A program made the position numbers and the translations under genes. Of a stretch of 32,000 nucleotides of DNA, positions 29,562-32,000 are shown in pieces; the first letter of the stretch is position 1, and every line of letters begins with the position of its first letter. Below the pieces are notes generated by a model. The model ran no database searches, was not told where the DNA came from, and worked only from the letters and a program-made list of their open reading frames with translations. The stretch covers positions 510,001-542,000 of the forward strand of contig NZ_AP024987.1 of assembly GCF_020885515.1 (NCBI RefSeq), read 5' to 3'. The DNA comes from a cyanobacterium endosymbiont of Braarudosphaera bigelowii (GTDB lineage: Bacteria; Cyanobacteriota; Cyanobacteriia; Cyanobacteriales; Microcystaceae).

Positions 29562-29958
29562 ATAAAATTATTACTTATATATTAACAATTCTTAAATTTA
29601 TTTCTGAAGAAATTAAATACATTTTTAATTAGTTACAAAATAATAATAGAGATTTTAATAACAACAGGCATAGTAATTGTATTGTTGTTTTATTATTTAA
29701 AATTAATTTTGCTTCAACATCAAATGATGACTTAACGTTAACGAAAATCATTATTTAGTTTAGATTTTAATTCAAAATATTTACTTTTGGTTTAAGTCAC
29801 AAGGATATTAAAACAACACTATAAGTTTCTGATTATGAAATTAAAGAAACATAATTGAAAAAATCAATTATAATAGTATTTTCTTAAAAATAATTTGCTA
29901 GAGTAATTATCGAGCAAATTAACAGACTATTACATAAATCAACCGAAATTAATGTTTT

Positions 29959-31089
29959 ATGCCAGGTGACTACTACAAAATTCTTGGAGTTGACCGTAAC
30001 GCCAATAAAGAAGATTTAAAACAAGCTTATCGACGTCTTGCTCGAAAATATCATCCTGATGTCAATAAAGAGGCAGGAGCTGAAGAACGATTCAAAGAGA
30101 TTAACCGCGCATACGAGGTATTATCTGAACCTGATACACGAAACCGTTATGATCAGTTTGGGGAAGCTGGAGTTAATGGTGCAAGTGGTTTTAATCAAGG
30201 TGATATGGGAGATATGGGTGGCTTTGCCGATATCTTTGAAACTATTTTCAGCGGATTTGGAGGTGGAACTAGTACAACAGGGACACGTCGTCGTAATGAG
30301 CCAGCGAAAGGAGACGATTTACGTCTTGATCTCAAATTAAACTTTCGTGAAGCAATATTTGGAGGAGAAAAAGAAATTCGTATTCCCCACCTTGAAACAT
30401 GTACGATATGTCAAGGTAGTGGTGCCAAACCAGGAACAAAAAGAAAAACCTGTCCAACTTGTGATGGTCAAGGGCAAGTACGTCGCTCAACCCGTACTCC
30501 ATTTGGAAGTTTTGCTCAAGTCTCCACCTGTCCAACCTGTAACGGTGAAGGAGAAATTATTGAAGAAAAATGTGAGGTCTGTGGTGGTGCTGGACGTAGA
30601 CAAGTGACTGAAAAAGTAAAAATCACGATCCCAGCTGGAGTAGGAGATGGAACCCGTCTCAGAGTATCGCGTAAAGGAGATGCTGGATTAAGAGGAGGGG
30701 TAGCAGGAGATCTTTACGTATACTTATACGTTGAACCTGACAAAGTTTTTACTCGAGAAAAGATGAATATCCTTTCAGAGATTAAGGTTAGTTATCTGCA
30801 AGCCATTCTCGGATGCACTGTCTCAATTGATACAGTAGATGGGAAAAAAGACTTGCCCATTCCCCCTGGTACACAGCCTAAAACAGTCTTAACTCTAGAT
30901 AGTTTGGGTGTTCCTAAATTAGGAAATGATGCCATTCGTGGTGATCACTTGATTACAGTTAATGTAGATATTCCTACTAGAATTAATTCTGAAGAAAGAG
31001 AGCTTTTAGAAAAGCTGGCTGTAATTAAAGGTCAGACTCATGGCAAAGGTGGAATAGAAGGATTTTTAGGGAGTTTGTTTAACAAATGA
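29959..31089 (+). CDS. dnaJ: Chaperone protein DnaJ (type I, full length)
   Basis: 376 aa; J-domain with HPD, Gly/Phe linker, four CxxCxGxG-type zinc motifs ([32 protein letters not shown]). Confidence 0.98.
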   Translation: MPGDYYKILGVDRNANKEDLKQAYRRLARKYHPDVNKEAGAEERFKEINRAYEVLSEPDTRNRYDQFGEAGVNGASGFNQGDMGDMGGFADIFETIFSGFGGGTSTTGTRRRNEPAKGDDLRLDLKLNFREAIFGGEKEIRIPHLETCTICQGSGAKPGTKRKTCPTCDGQGQVRRSTRTPFGSFAQVSTCPTCNGEGEIIEEKCEVCGGAGRRQVTEKVKITIPAGVGDGTRLRVSRKGDAGLRGGVAGDLYVYLYVEPDKVFTREKMNILSEIKVSYLQAILGCTVSIDTVDGKKDLPIPPGTQPKTVLTLDSLGVPKLGNDAIRGDHLITVNVDIPTRINSEERELLEKLAVIKGQTHGKGGIEGFLGSLFNK

Positions 31090-31325
31090 ACTCTTTAAGC
31101 TCAGATGCACTTCTTTTAGATTTGCGCGGAGTCTCTTGTCCTCTAAACTTTATTCGCATTAAATTAAAGTTAGAGAATATTCTTTCTGGATCTATTTTAG
31201 AAGTTTGGTTAGATCCTGGTGAGCCGATGGAACAAGTTCCTGAAAGTTTAACAATGGAAGGTTACCAAATAGAATCCATAAGCGATCATCACGAATTTTT
31301 TTCTATTAAAATTCGTTGTTCTTAA
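31086..31325 (+). CDS. TusA-like sulfurtransferase family protein
   Basis: 79 aa; [54 protein letters not shown] (CPxxxxxxK motif). 4-nt ATGA overlap with dnaJ. Confidence 0.88.
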   Translation: MNSLSSDALLLDLRGVSCPLNFIRIKLKLENILSGSILEVWLDPGEPMEQVPESLTMEGYQIESISDHHEFFSIKIRCS

Positions 31326-31395
31326 TAGAAAAAGATGGGAATCTACTAATATAAGTAATTACTTTCATTGTATTTTATTATGAATTTTGTTTATT

Positions 31396-32000
31396 GTGTA
31401 TGATATAAACTCAACACATGATTGTTTGCCTACCACTGTTCCAAATAATTTTGGAACAGTGGTAGCGATCCAGGCTAATTTTTATCGAGTTCATCTAGAT
31501 AAAAATTATGGAGATGAGAATTCTTACTCTATTCCATACTTACTTTGTACTCGGCGTAGTCGTCTTAAAAAGATTGGACAAAACGTCATGGTAGGAGATC
31601 GTGTAACAATAGTAAAATCTAATCATGAAGATTCTCGAGGATCAATTGTTTCTATCTTACCTCGCAAAACAGAATTATCTCGTCCTCAAGTAGCTAACGC
31701 AGATCAAATACTTTTACTTTTCCCTTTTAAAGAACCTGAGTTAGAACCTTGGCAATTGAGCCGCTTTCTTGTCAAAGCAGAATCAACATTAATTCCATTG
31801 GTCTTGTGTTTTAATAAAGTCGACTTACTTGAAACTGAAGAGCAGACAAGATGGAAAATGAGACTAGATGAGTGGGGATATAGTCCACTTTTAATAAGTA
31901 CTTTTACTATTCAAGGATTTCAACAACTCTCCGATTGTCTACAAAATAAATTTACAATTTTAGCTGGTCCATCTGGGGCTGGCAAATCTAGCTTAATTAA
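31396..32000 (+). CDS. rsgA: Ribosome small subunit-dependent GTPase A (3'-truncated by window edge)
   Basis: My own translation from GTG 31396: MYDINSTHDCLPTTVPNNFGTVVAIQANFYRVHLDK...IGQNVMVGDRVTIV...SILPRKTELSRPQVANADQILLLF...LVLCFNKVDLLE...FTILAGPSGAGKSSLIN. OB-fold followed by a circularly permuted GTPase (NKxD before the P-loop). Absent from the supplied ORF track. The start codon is uncertain. Confidence 0.93.
   Translation, partial: MYDINSTHDCLPTTVPNNFGTVVAIQANFYRVHLDKNYGDENSYSIPYLLCTRRSRLKKIGQNVMVGDRVTIVKSNHEDSRGSIVSILPRKTELSRPQVANADQILLLFPFKEPELEPWQLSRFLVKAESTLIPLVLCFNKVDLLETEEQTRWKMRLDEWGYSPLLISTFTIQGFQQLSDCLQNKFTILAGPSGAGKSSLI

Noticed and set aside
30038-30607. Alternative-frame ORFs inside dnaJ (30038..30340, 30332..30535, 30347..30607)
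   Set aside because: Overlap the J-domain and zinc-finger coding region of dnaJ. The repetitive CxxCxGxG DNA creates long out-of-frame ORFs.

Overview
This 32 kb window comes from a low-GC cyanobacterial chromosome made up almost entirely of core genes. I infer a marine or Crocosphaera-related, possibly genome-reduced lineage; that is not proven here. Left to right it contains: an F-type ATP synthase operon (atp1-atpB/a-atpH/c-atpG/b'-atpF/b-atpD/delta, minus strand); a long AT-rich non-coding stretch; cyAbrB; a CPBP/CAAX-type membrane protease; a metallophosphoesterase; a PcrA/UvrD helicase; the small RNA Yfr1 followed by trxA; a cyanobacterial dihydroorotase-like protein lacking the canonical His ligands; a secreted Gly-rich/collagen-like protein; an aspartate aminotransferase; ndhF-ndhD of the CO2-uptake-like type; trhO-cbiD; tRNA-Ala(UGC); ribBA; a Tat-signal phosphoesterase; a TPR protein; ribH; DUF1995 and DUF3386 proteins; dnaX; and dnaJ-tusA-like-rsgA. 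I found no CRISPR array, transposase, phage module or recognizable defence island. The best non-obvious signals are: (1) a complete, unannotated Yfr1 sRNA at about 9248-9315, overlapped by a probably spurious ORF in the supplied track; (2) the DHOase-like protein with a destroyed HxH motif; (3) an uncharacterised secreted collagen-like protein containing a 9-bp coding tandem repeat; (4) several long perfect inverted repeats in intergenic DNA (22-bp arms at 3522-3566, 15- and 13-bp arms at 4700-4802, 18-bp arms at 14563-14601, 13-bp arms at 26618-26657). All calls come from reading the sequence. No database search was run.
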